DNA from: a phage
Length of the DNA stretch: 64,000 nt
Strand: one strand, 5' to 3'
Assembly (NCBI GenBank): GCA_021683455.1
Contig: GCA_021683455.1_3051.1
Shown here: positions 1 to 7,792 of the stretch, in pieces
Layout: the number at the start of each line of letters is the position of its first letter
Numbering within the stretch: position 1 is the first letter of the stretch
The notes under the pieces: generated by a model
The model's database searches: none
The model's input: only the letters and a program-made list of their open reading frames with translations
What the model was told of the DNA's origin: nothing
Translations under genes and position numbers: made by a program

Positions 1-70
1 GATAGGATAATATATTATAAAGGGTAGAAACTAAATGATGCCTAGAGAGGCCTGGAAAGGCCTAGATACC

Positions 71-101
71 AAAAAGCCCCAACCTTTTGGTCGGGACTAA
101 G
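71..101 (-). terminator. Minus-strand hairpin plus T-run after the CTS-protein gene; near-identical copy at 626..656
   Basis: Reverse complement reads cccgacc-AAAA-ggttggg followed by gcttttt; the ~31-nt element recurs at 626..656. Confidence 0.55.
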
Positions 102-105
102 AATG

Positions 106-579
106 TTATTTGATTTGTTTAGCAGACCAAATGCGGTCTTTAATAATTTTTTGGATGTCTTCAACATACTCTAGGTCATGAGCATGTGGGTTATCTTTAA
201 AGCTATGAGCACGAGCTAGCTTTTGGCCTTCAGTTTTGATTACTAAAAGCTCTTTAAGGATAGCTTCATATTTGGAGATAATTCCTTTAACGATATTTTT
301 TTCTTGTGCGACTTTAGGATCTGCTTTAGGAGCAGGTTTACCCGAAGCCTTTGCAAAAGCAGCGCCAGTAGCAACTAAACTTTTCCAGGCCATACTAACT
401 GCATTTCCCGTAAATCCTTCCGCTTTCATGTCGCGTGCGAACTGAAATCGCGATTCATCAGAAGCATCTTTGTAAGAATATTTACCCGCTGCAATGGCTG
501 CTTTTGCGACAGCTTGAATTTCGGTGCTAGATGCTTCATTTAACACCGCTTCATTTAAAAATTGAGTATATGATTTCAT
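106..579 (-). CDS. Internal head protein-like protein with N-terminal capsid targeting sequence (157 aa)
   Basis: N-terminus MKSYTQFLNE resembles the T4 IP capsid targeting sequence (IPI here starts MKTYQEF) with an L-x-E prohead-protease site; AGGAAA SD; late promoter upstream. Confidence 0.6.
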   Translation of the reverse strand: MKSYTQFLNEAVLNEASSTEIQAVAKAAIAAGKYSYKDASDESRFQFARDMKAEGFTGNAVSMAWKSLVATGAAFAKASGKPAPKADPKVAQEKNIVKGIISKYEAILKELLVIKTEGQKLARAHSFKDNPHAHDLEYVEDIQKIIKDRIWSAKQIK

Positions 580-615
580 CTTATTTCCTGTTTTAATTCG
601 TGGTTTTAATATACT

Positions 616-623
616 TATTTATA
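616..623 (-). promoter_or_regulatory. T4-type late promoter TATAAATA upstream of the CTS-protein gene
   Basis: Minus strand reads TATAAATA about 35 nt upstream of the start codon at 579. Confidence 0.5.
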
Positions 624-625
624 CT

Positions 626-656
626 AAAAAGCCCCAACCTTTCGGTCGGGGCTAAG
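626..656 (-). terminator. Minus-strand intrinsic terminator closing the tRNA/stable-RNA transcription unit
   Basis: Reverse complement gccccgacc-GAAA-ggttggggc followed by TTTTT. Confidence 0.6.
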
Positions 657-969
657 CCTTGCGGCAACCTTGTCGGGGTTCCACCTGCTAAGGCAAGTGT
701 TTGTACGAAACGCCGGGATTCGAACCCGGTTATTAAGCAGTTGACGCTACTCAATATTTTTAAAAGGCCATATCTCGACCATATCCGAACGTTCCGTCAA
801 AAACGCTACTCGGTTTACGGCAAAGATATTTCCTCGAATCGATAATTCGGTGCGCCGTTTCTGCTGTGATATAAGGGGACATTAACAAAACATAAAGATT
901 TATTAATGCCAGTCCTTAAACAGGGAACATCAGTCCGACGACTTGCCGGTAGCGACCCGGCTTCTTGTC
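657..969 (-). ncRNA. Stable RNA region downstream of tRNA-Arg with a tRNA-like 3' domain; cf. T4 species 1/2 RNAs (rnaC/rnaD)
   Basis: No credible ORF; T-arm-like ccgggTTCGAATcccgg at about 712..728 with a pairing 7-bp acceptor-like stem (cggaacg/cgtttcg); position matches T4 stable RNAs. Confidence 0.4.
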
Positions 970-1045
970 TGGTCGAGGCAGTAGGGATCGAACCTACGAC
1001 CTAGGACTTAGAAGGTCCTTGCTCTTCCTTCTGAGCTATGCCTCG
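970..1045 (-). tRNA. tRNA-Arg (anticodon TCT)
   Basis: Hand-folded cloverleaf on minus strand: acceptor CGAGGCA/TGCCTCG, anticodon loop CTTCTAA, T-arm GGTTCGATCC, encoded CCA. Confidence 0.8.
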
Positions 1046-1049
1046 GATT

Positions 1050-1124
1050 TGGCGGACGTGATAGGATTCGAACCTATAACCAATCGCTTAACAGGCGATC
1101 GCTCTGCCATTGAGCTACACATCC
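1050..1124 (-). tRNA. tRNA-Asn candidate (anticodon GTT)
   Basis: Acceptor GGATGTG/CACGTCC (one G-U), D-arm GCTC..GAGC, anticodon stem ATCGC/GCGAT with loop CTGTTAA, T-arm GGTTCGAATCC, CCA. Confidence 0.7.
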
Positions 1125-1128
1125 AAAT

Positions 1129-1215
1129 TGGTGGGGAGTGATGGAGTCGAACCACCCGAGTCGCAATGACAATGGATTTACAGTCCACACCGCTACCTCT
1201 ACGGGATAACTCCCC
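1129..1215 (-). tRNA. tRNA-Tyr candidate (anticodon GTA), long variable arm
   Basis: Acceptor GGGGAGT/ACTCCCC, anticodon loop CTGTAAA, long extra arm, T-arm GGTTCGACTCC, CCA; D-arm fold is imperfect. Confidence 0.6.
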
Positions 1216-1221
1216 TTAATT

Positions 1222-1296
1222 TGGTGGCCCTGGGTGGAATTGAACCACCATCTGGCGATTATGAGTCGCTTGCTTGAACCTTCCAGCTACAGGGCC
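1222..1296 (-). tRNA. tRNA-Ile (anticodon CAT, as in the T4 AUA-reading tRNA-Ile) or Met
   Basis: Acceptor GGCCCTG/CAGGGCC, anticodon loop CTCATAA, T-arm GGTTCAATTCC, CCA. Confidence 0.7.
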
Positions 1297-1297
1297 T

Positions 1298-1373
1298 TGG
1301 TGCTGATTGACGGAATCGAACCGCCGACCTTCTCATTACAAGTGAGTTGCTCTACCTACTGAGCTAAATCAGC
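1298..1373 (-). tRNA. tRNA-Thr (anticodon TGT)
   Basis: Acceptor GCTGATT/AATCAGC, D-arm TAGCTCAGTAGGTAGAGC, anticodon loop CTTGTAA, T-arm GGTTCGATTCC, CCA. Confidence 0.8.
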
Positions 1374-1378
1374 AAAAC

Positions 1379-1468
1379 TGGCGGAGGCGGTAGGATTTGA
1401 ACCTATGAGTCGCCGGAGCGACTGCCGGTTTTCAAGACCGGTGCATTAAACCACTCTGCCACGCCTCC
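1379..1468 (-). tRNA. tRNA-Ser (anticodon TGA), long variable arm
   Basis: Acceptor GGAGGCG/CGCCTCC, anticodon loop CTTGAAA, long variable arm, T-arm GGTTCAAATCC, CCA. Confidence 0.8.
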
Positions 1469-1474
1469 AAATAT

Positions 1475-2125
1475 TTATATATTGTTAATTTGATTTAGAA
1501 TTCTTTTTGCTTGAGTATGACTTACGCCAATATGCTTAGCATATTTAGATAATTCACCACGCTTAGAAAAATCATATAATTTAGAAATTTCTATTCTTCT
1601 TTTTCTTTCATCCGCAGAAACTTTTGCTTCGTTTGCTTTTGCTATTTTACGTTTAGCTTCTTGAGAATGAGTTTTACCAGCAAAGCCGTTCTTCATTAAT
1701 CCATTTGAAGACCATCCTTTTAATTTTCCGTTAGAATGTGCCTTTTTAACACCCAATGAAATTAATTCGCGTTGCTGATCTGTCATAGGATAATTATTTA
1801 TATGATCCCATCCACCTTCACCTCCAAGTTTTAAATTATACACATCTGGTCTATTTAAAAACTCTTCTGTGACAATATTTTTCTCGGCTTCAAGCATAGA
1901 TTCTTTATCGTCAAAATACTCTAATATTTCTTTAGAAAAATTTTCTATACCATATTTATCTTGGGCTCTTTTTAATAATTTACCAGAACCCATATATCCA
2001 TCATCTAAATTTTCGGTAGAATGCACACCAATATAAATTTTATTATTAATTTTATTTGTTATTTTATAAAGATAAAAATGCATATCAGTCCCTAATAAAG
2101 AACTGAGCGTCTCACGACGAGTCAT
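1475..2125 (-). mobile_element. segB: GIY-YIG homing endonuclease SegB, inserted inside the tRNA cluster (216 aa)
   Basis: N-terminal GIY-YIG module (FYLYKITNKINNKIYIGVHST..GYMGSG); sits between the two tRNA subclusters as T4 segB does. Confidence 0.8.
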
Positions 2126-2129
2126 AAAT

Positions 2130-2203
<74 letters not shown>

Positions 2204-2208
2204 AAATT

Positions 2209-2295
2209 TGGTGCGAGAAGTGGGACTCGAACCCACAAGGAAATCATTCCGCAGCATTTTAAGTGCTGTGCCTTTACCAATTTGACCATTCTCGC
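2209..2295 (-). tRNA. tRNA-Leu (anticodon TAA), long variable arm
   Basis: Acceptor GCGAGAA/TTCTCGC, anticodon loop CTTAAAA, long variable arm, T-arm GGGTTCGAGTCCC, CCA. Confidence 0.8.
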
Positions 2296-2296
2296 G

Positions 2297-2369
2297 CTGG
2301 GAATAAAGGACTCGAACCTTTGCATCTAGCAGTCAAAGTGCTATGCCTTACCAACTTGGCTAATTCCCA
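2297..2369 (-). tRNA. tRNA-Gln (anticodon TTG), no encoded CCA
   Basis: Acceptor TGGGAAT/ATTCCCA, anticodon stem TAGCA/TGCTA with loop CTTTGAC, T-arm AGGTTCGAGTCCT. Confidence 0.75.
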
Positions 2370-2435
2370 ATTATTAACAAAGGCTCTCAAATAAGAGCCC
2401 TTGATGATAGAGGGTATTAATCAGTGCGGTATGAG

Positions 2436-2465
2436 TTAATAATAACAAATAATTCTTAAAGCATA
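2436..2465 (-). promoter_or_regulatory. T4 middle (MotA-dependent) promoter candidate driving the tRNA cluster
   Basis: Minus strand reads aaTGCTTTAagaattatttgTTATTATtaa: MotA-box-like TGCTTTA about 12 nt from a TAnnnT -10; exact 30-nt copy upstream of gene 31 at 63521..63550. Confidence 0.5.
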
Positions 2466-2466
2466 T

Positions 2467-2754
2467 TTACCATTTATGATAATACATATTTACGATGCAG
2501 TCAAGACCCAAAGGATTCTTGAAAATATCATATTCAAGAGGACCTTTTTCTGTTTCAATAAAGAAATCAAAATTTACTGTATTAAATTTACGATCTTCCT
2601 TCACTAATTTAACTTGAGAAGATGAACGGTCAACATAAACCTTTTCAACTTCAAAACATGTTAAAACGCCATAATCATCAATCAAGGCTTTAGCCGCGTC
2701 TTGATCATATTTATATCCATTTTCAATGGATGATACTTTCGCATAAAGAATCAT
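2467..2754 (-). CDS. Hypothetical protein (95 aa)
   Basis: ORF in the early-gene direction, tightly packed with neighbours; no motif recognised. Confidence 0.6.
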   Translation of the reverse strand: MILYAKVSSIENGYKYDQDAAKALIDDYGVLTCFEVEKVYVDRSSSQVKLVKEDRKFNTVNFDFFIETEKGPLEYDIFKNPLGLDCIVNMYYHKW

Positions 2755-2756
2755 TA

Positions 2757-3161
2757 TTAACCTTTATCAACAATAGTATGTGTATGGGCATTTACGATTT
2801 GCCACCAGTCAAAACTATCGCCAAATCGTTTTGATTTATTGTCTTCAATAATTTGGCGTAATTCATCTTCTGTTTCAGCATACGCAATCAAATCATCATA
2901 TCCACCGCAAGGATAGTAATTATCGCCTGCGAACAAAAGAAAATTTACTTTAGATGGGTCTACATAATAATGCTCTTTAGGATATTTAGTTCCTTTCCAA
3001 TCAGTTACTTCAACATAACGATAAGAAAATCCATTTTTACTTTCAACCCAACTCCACGCTTCAAAAGGAGTATTAAAAACTCTATCAGGTATTAAATTAC
3101 CTTCAAAATGAGAAGGATTTGCATAATCCCCAGCATAAACATAATATTCGTTAATATTCAT
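2757..3161 (-). CDS. Hypothetical protein (134 aa)
   Basis: ORF abutting neighbours at both ends; no motif recognised. Confidence 0.65.
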   Translation of the reverse strand: MNINEYYVYAGDYANPSHFEGNLIPDRVFNTPFEAWSWVESKNGFSYRYVEVTDWKGTKYPKEHYYVDPSKVNFLLFAGDNYYPCGGYDDLIAYAETEDELRQIIEDNKSKRFGDSFDWWQIVNAHTHTIVDKG

Positions 3162-3347
3162 TTATTCACCTTTAGAAATTTTATCCATAACAATAGCGAT
3201 TAAACCAATTAAAAATGCTACTACAAGTGAAAAAACATTTTCTGCTGTAGTCAATAATCCGCATATAAATCCAACAAACATTGAAAAACTAAAAGCGGAA
3301 GCAGAAATTGCAATAGCAACATTTCGAATTAATTCACAACGTTTCAT
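3162..3347 (-). CDS. Small hydrophobic membrane protein (61 aa)
   Basis: Two predicted hydrophobic helices; SD GAGGAGAA upstream; early promoter immediately upstream. Confidence 0.55.
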   Translation of the reverse strand: MKRCELIRNVAIAISASAFSFSMFVGFICGLLTTAENVFSLVVAFLIGLIAIVMDKISKGE

Positions 3348-3369
3348 TTTATTCTCCTCAGTAGTTGAT

Positions 3370-3415
3370 AGGGTAATAGTATCACAACTAAAACCCTATG
3401 TAAACAACTTTGTGA
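3370..3415 (-). promoter_or_regulatory. T4 early-type promoter (copy 1 of 3)
   Basis: Minus strand AT-rich UP element, -35 GTTTAC, about 18-nt spacer, -10 TACTAT; shares the aaacaactttgtgaaat core with copies at 3735..3780 and 62245..62300. Confidence 0.55.
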
Positions 3416-3423
3416 AATATTTA

Positions 3424-3708
3424 TTACAAAAGATTTTTAGCAATAATTTTAAGCTGAGCTACTGAAATATGCTTGGCTTTAAACAAAGCAGTTTCTTCAG
3501 CAGGGGAGATAACGATTGTAGCACCATCTTTCTTAGCGGACCATCCATCACCCAGGTAAACAGTACCTTTGACTTCTTCGCCATCAACCAGGCTAATCAT
3601 CGGTTTACCTTCACGTCCTTTGTTTGCTTTAATAACTTCAGAAGTAAGGGTCGCTTCAGTCAAAGTAGAAGCGTTAGTGGTTGAAGTGAATTCTTGATAA
3701 GTTTTCAT
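3424..3708 (-). CDS. ipI: Internal head protein I (IPI), injected with the DNA (94 aa)
   Basis: Starts MKTYQEF (capsid targeting sequence); 94 aa versus T4 IPI 95 aa; sits next to 57B as in T4. Confidence 0.75.
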   Translation of the reverse strand: MKTYQEFTSTTNASTLTEATLTSEVIKANKGREGKPMISLVDGEEVKGTVYLGDGWSAKKDGATIVISPAEETALFKAKHISVAQLKIIAKNLL

Positions 3709-3734
3709 TTTATTTTCCTAATTAATTTTGATGA

Positions 3735-3780
3735 GGTAATAGTATCACTACCTCATCAGCATGTAAACAACTTTGTGAAA
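3735..3780 (-). promoter_or_regulatory. T4 early-type promoter upstream of ipI (copy 2 of 3)
   Basis: -35 GTTTAC and -10 TACTAT on minus strand; -10 lies inside the inverted repeat gatgaggta/tacctcatc. Confidence 0.55.
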
Positions 3781-4477
<697 letters not shown>

Positions 4478-4478
<1 letters not shown>

Positions 4479-5191
4479 TATAGTACCTTTAGTGTATTTT
4501 TAATTTTAGAAAAAAGTTCTTCAAGAGAACCATCGTTTGTAATTACTAAATCGCCATCACGAATTGGCAATCCAGCTTCTGTAATATGAGTATCATTGGA
4601 TTTTTGACCAGGACGAACTACATGAATTACTGTAGCACCCATCGCCCTAGCCGCATCCATTTCATGATCTTGACGGGTATCAGGAACGATATAATAATCA
4701 TAACCTGAGTTAAATTTATCAAGATAATCTAAAGCAAATAATTTTACCCAATACATGCGGTCGAAGTTATTAACAATCAAATCCGTACCTAGGGCTTGCA
4801 TCAGACGACGGACTGACCATTGATCTTCAATATTATTTATAACGTCAGCAATCTTGTTAAATGCTACGAAATTAACTGCGTCATCAAAAACAAACACACC
4901 TTTAATTGGGCTTTTACTATTAAGATAGCAAAATGCTTGTTCCATAATCGTAATTACTTCTAATTTAGTCAGATTTAAATTAGTCTCACGATCATAGTCA
5001 ATTCCTTCAAACTCTTTACGAGTTAAGCAAGGATAGTCAGTGTTTGCTGCAAATACTCCCCATGCATAAGCCAATGCATCCTTAATAGGACCAGCAAGTT
5101 GATATTTAACTGCAGAATAATTGCTCATGATAAAATCAGCAGTAGTATCTTTTCCACTACGCTTTACACCGCTTAAAAAGATTAGTTTCAT
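4478..5191 (-). CDS. 1: gp1, deoxynucleoside monophosphate kinase
   Basis: P-loop GVKRSGKDT; likely start at MKLIFLSG (track ORF extends to 5230); synteny 57A-1-3-2-4. Confidence 0.85.
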
Positions 5192-5240
5192 GTGTTTCTC
5201 CTCAAATTTAATTAAGATTATAACACACAAAACTGAAGCA

Positions 5241-5771
5241 TTAAACTTCTGCTATAATTTTTCCATCTTTTTCTACTTGAAAATAGGTGTAAGGAATCGT
5301 TGCAGTACATACTAAGGCCGGGTCTGAATCTTCCGTGTAGCTAAATTCTACTTCAGATAGGTCAGAAACCCAAGGCTTATAAAAATTTATTGACATCACG
5401 ATTTCAGTTTTGCTATTATCTAAGATGTAAAGCGTAATGTATTCAGGACCTGTTTTTTGGGCAGTATTTTCGCCTGTAAGATAGTTACTAGTTCCTAGCA
5501 TCCATTCATACATTCCTATCCATGACTTAAGTTCTTCATCAACTATAAATCTCACAATGAGTGGATCATACTCAAATGTAACACCTGGACGTTGTGCTCG
5601 GCCCAGTCCAAACGGCCCAGTCACGGTATCAGTAACAGGTATTCTAATTCCTGGAATAGGAACTGACTGAGCATTTAAAGTAAAAGCAGATGTAGTATTA
5701 CTATGCGGTATTGATACTACAAAGTTAGTTGTATTTGCTTGGTTAAAAATTTGTTGCAGAGCTTGCGACAT
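5241..5771 (-). CDS. 3: gp3, tail sheath stabiliser / tail completion protein
   Basis: Internal Met at MSQALQQ gives 176 aa as in T4 gp3 (track ORF extends to 5852); synteny. Confidence 0.8.
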   Translation of the reverse strand: MSQALQQIFNQANTTNFVVSIPHSNTTSAFTLNAQSVPIPGIRIPVTDTVTGPFGLGRAQRPGVTFEYDPLIVRFIVDEELKSWIGMYEWMLGTSNYLTGENTAQKTGPEYITLYILDNSKTEIVMSINFYKPWVSDLSEVEFSYTEDSDPALVCTATIPYTYFQVEKDGKIIAEV

Positions 5772-5877
5772 ATATTCCTCATAATGCTTTATAACTGTTG
5801 GTGGTATAATGGGTCTAAGTCCCTTCCATTCAATTCCATTTAGAACAAACAATAGAAAAGAATGGAAGATAATAGAA

Positions 5878-6702
5878 TTAAATATTTGACCAGACTTTGT
5901 TTGCAGAGAAACGTTTTCCTTTTGAAACGAACTGCTGAAGTGGCATCAACACAACGTTCGCCCAGTCTTTCGGGGCGATTTCAGCAAGGCTACCCATAAT
6001 ATTACCGGGTATATATGCCTTAATCATTTGGTCTGCACCTCTAAATCCTTTCACTTGACTCCAATCAATTTTTAATTTCGTTTTATTAGTAATAGTAGGT
6101 GTATTTGAATATTGCTTTAAAAGCTCTTCTAGAAATTGCTGACGAGCTTTAGGTGGAATATAGTGCAAGTTCAATCCGTACATTAAGTTATGCTTACCTA
6201 AACCAAGGTAAATTATCAAAGGAAATTTATCCCAGTAAGGAAGAGCTTCCTTGTGTTTAGCATCATAAGCAAAAGCATATATTCGTCCCGGCTGCGGGCG
6301 AACAACTTTATGTCCTTTTACTTGCTTAATAGTTTCAGCAAACCATTTTCTGGTTTTATTATTAATTGCTGCACCTTCATTACGAATTTTATCGCGCAAT
6401 GTTTGTCTGAATGAATTTATCATAAGCAGTTGTCTTTCTTGCTTATTGAGTTTATTCATTGGTTTTGATTCAAGCTTTTGAATCTTTTCAGCTGTTTTAA
6501 TTCCTGAAGCATATTTTGACATTGCCGAAGTAAATGTAGAATATTTAATTCCTTTTTCTTCGGCAAATTGCTTTCCTGTCATTCCTTTTGCTTTGGCCTT
6601 TTTATATTCAAGACCTATCTGAATCCATTTCTTTTCGTTTAATGATTGCTTAACCTTTGGAACTTGGGGTGTGCTTTCATTAATTATTTGAAAAATAGCC
6701 AT
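5878..6702 (-). CDS. 2: gp2, DNA end protector protein (274 aa)
   Basis: Size identical to T4 gp2; basic protein; synteny. Confidence 0.85.
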   Translation of the reverse strand: MAIFQIINESTPQVPKVKQSLNEKKWIQIGLEYKKAKAKGMTGKQFAEEKGIKYSTFTSAMSKYASGIKTAEKIQKLESKPMNKLNKQERQLLMINSFRQTLRDKIRNEGAAINNKTRKWFAETIKQVKGHKVVRPQPGRIYAFAYDAKHKEALPYWDKFPLIIYLGLGKHNLMYGLNLHYIPPKARQQFLEELLKQYSNTPTITNKTKLKIDWSQVKGFRGADQMIKAYIPGNIMGSLAEIAPKDWANVVLMPLQQFVSKGKRFSANKVWSNI

Positions 6703-7154
6703 TATGCCCCCTTAAAGCCAAGAGCTCGTAATCCATCTTCTGTTAGAATTCTAAATTTTATTCCACGCTTTTCAGCTAAAGCTTGCGCTGCTTTCCATTT
6801 ATCGGTGTTAACAGAATATGTATAAATTTCATTCATAAATCTTTTCTTCGCTGCAGTCGTTAGATGTGCTGGTTTAACTGGTGGTTGTGTTTCTTTTTTA
6901 GGCTTTATTTCAATAAAAAATTCTTGTCCAGAAGAATCTTTCATCCAAATATCCATGAAGTATCTACGTTTTTTCCCTTCTGCATTACAAAAATAAGGAA
7001 TTACTGCTGTTTCACTACCCCATGCAATAATTTCTGGATTTTTATCTAACCATTCAAAAAAGAATTTTTCCCAATTTGATCTATACGTAATTTTTTTAGG
7101 GTCACCTCTATATTTTGATATATTTTTAGGAACCCATTTTCCAGAATATGCCAT
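6702..7154 (-). CDS. 4: gp4, head completion protein (150 aa)
   Basis: Size identical to T4 gp4; synteny; late promoter upstream. Confidence 0.85.
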   Translation of the reverse strand: MAYSGKWVPKNISKYRGDPKKITYRSNWEKFFFEWLDKNPEIIAWGSETAVIPYFCNAEGKKRRYFMDIWMKDSSGQEFFIEIKPKKETQPPVKPAHLTTAAKKRFMNEIYTYSVNTDKWKAAQALAEKRGIKFRILTEDGLRALGFKGA

Positions 7155-7165
7155 TGGATTCTCCT

Positions 7166-7188
7166 TATAAATAGATAATATATTTATA
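7166..7188. promoter_or_regulatory. Divergent overlapping late promoters (TATAAATA on each strand) for gene 53 and gene 4
   Basis: Plus-strand TATAAATA at 7166..7173; minus-strand TATAAATA encoded by tatttata at 7181..7188. Confidence 0.6.
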
Positions 7189-7201
7189 AACAGGAGGGCC
7201 C

Positions 7202-7792
7202 ATGCTCTTTACATTTTTTGATCCGATTGAATATGCGGCCAAAACGGTGAATAAAAACGCGCCGACTATTCCTATGACAGATATTTTTAGAAACTATAAA
7301 GACTATTTCAAACGTGCTCTTGCGGGATACCGCTTACGTACTTATTATATTAAAGGTTCACCACGCCCGGAAGAATTAGCAAATACTATATATGGAAATC
7401 CACAGTTGTATTGGGTTTTATTGATGTGTAATGATAATTATGATCCATATTATGGATGGATTACTTCACAAGAAGCTGCTTATCAAGCATCTATACAAAA
7501 ATACAAAAACGTAGGTGGAGACCAAATAGTATATCATGTAAATGAGAACGGTGAAAAATTTTATAATTTAGTATCATACGATGATAATCCATATGTTTGG
7601 TATGACAAAGGTGATAAAGCTAGAAAATATCCTCAATATGAAGGAGCACTTGCTGCGGTCGATACGTATGAAGCTGCTGTTCTTGAAAATGAAAAACTTC
7701 GTCAAATAAAAATAATAGCAAAATCAGACATCAATTCATTTATGAACGACCTTATACGTATAATGGAGAAATCTTATGGAAATGATAAGTAA
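7202..7792 (+). CDS. 53: gp53, baseplate wedge subunit (196 aa)
   Basis: Size identical to T4 gp53; immediately precedes gene 5. Confidence 0.85.
   Translation: MLFTFFDPIEYAAKTVNKNAPTIPMTDIFRNYKDYFKRALAGYRLRTYYIKGSPRPEELANTIYGNPQLYWVLLMCNDNYDPYYGWITSQEAAYQASIQKYKNVGGDQIVYHVNENGEKFYNLVSYDDNPYVWYDKGDKARKYPQYEGALAAVDTYEAAVLENEKLRQIKIIAKSDINSFMNDLIRIMEKSYGNDK

Noticed and set aside
236-445. 69-aa plus-strand ORF inside the CTS-protein gene
   Set aside because: Lies antisense within a better-supported minus-strand gene and has no SD or promoter context; likely a spurious reading frame.
600-845. 81-aa plus-strand ORF across the terminator and stable-RNA region
   Set aside because: Opposite to all local transcription signals and overlaps a tRNA-like structure; the region is better explained as non-coding RNA.
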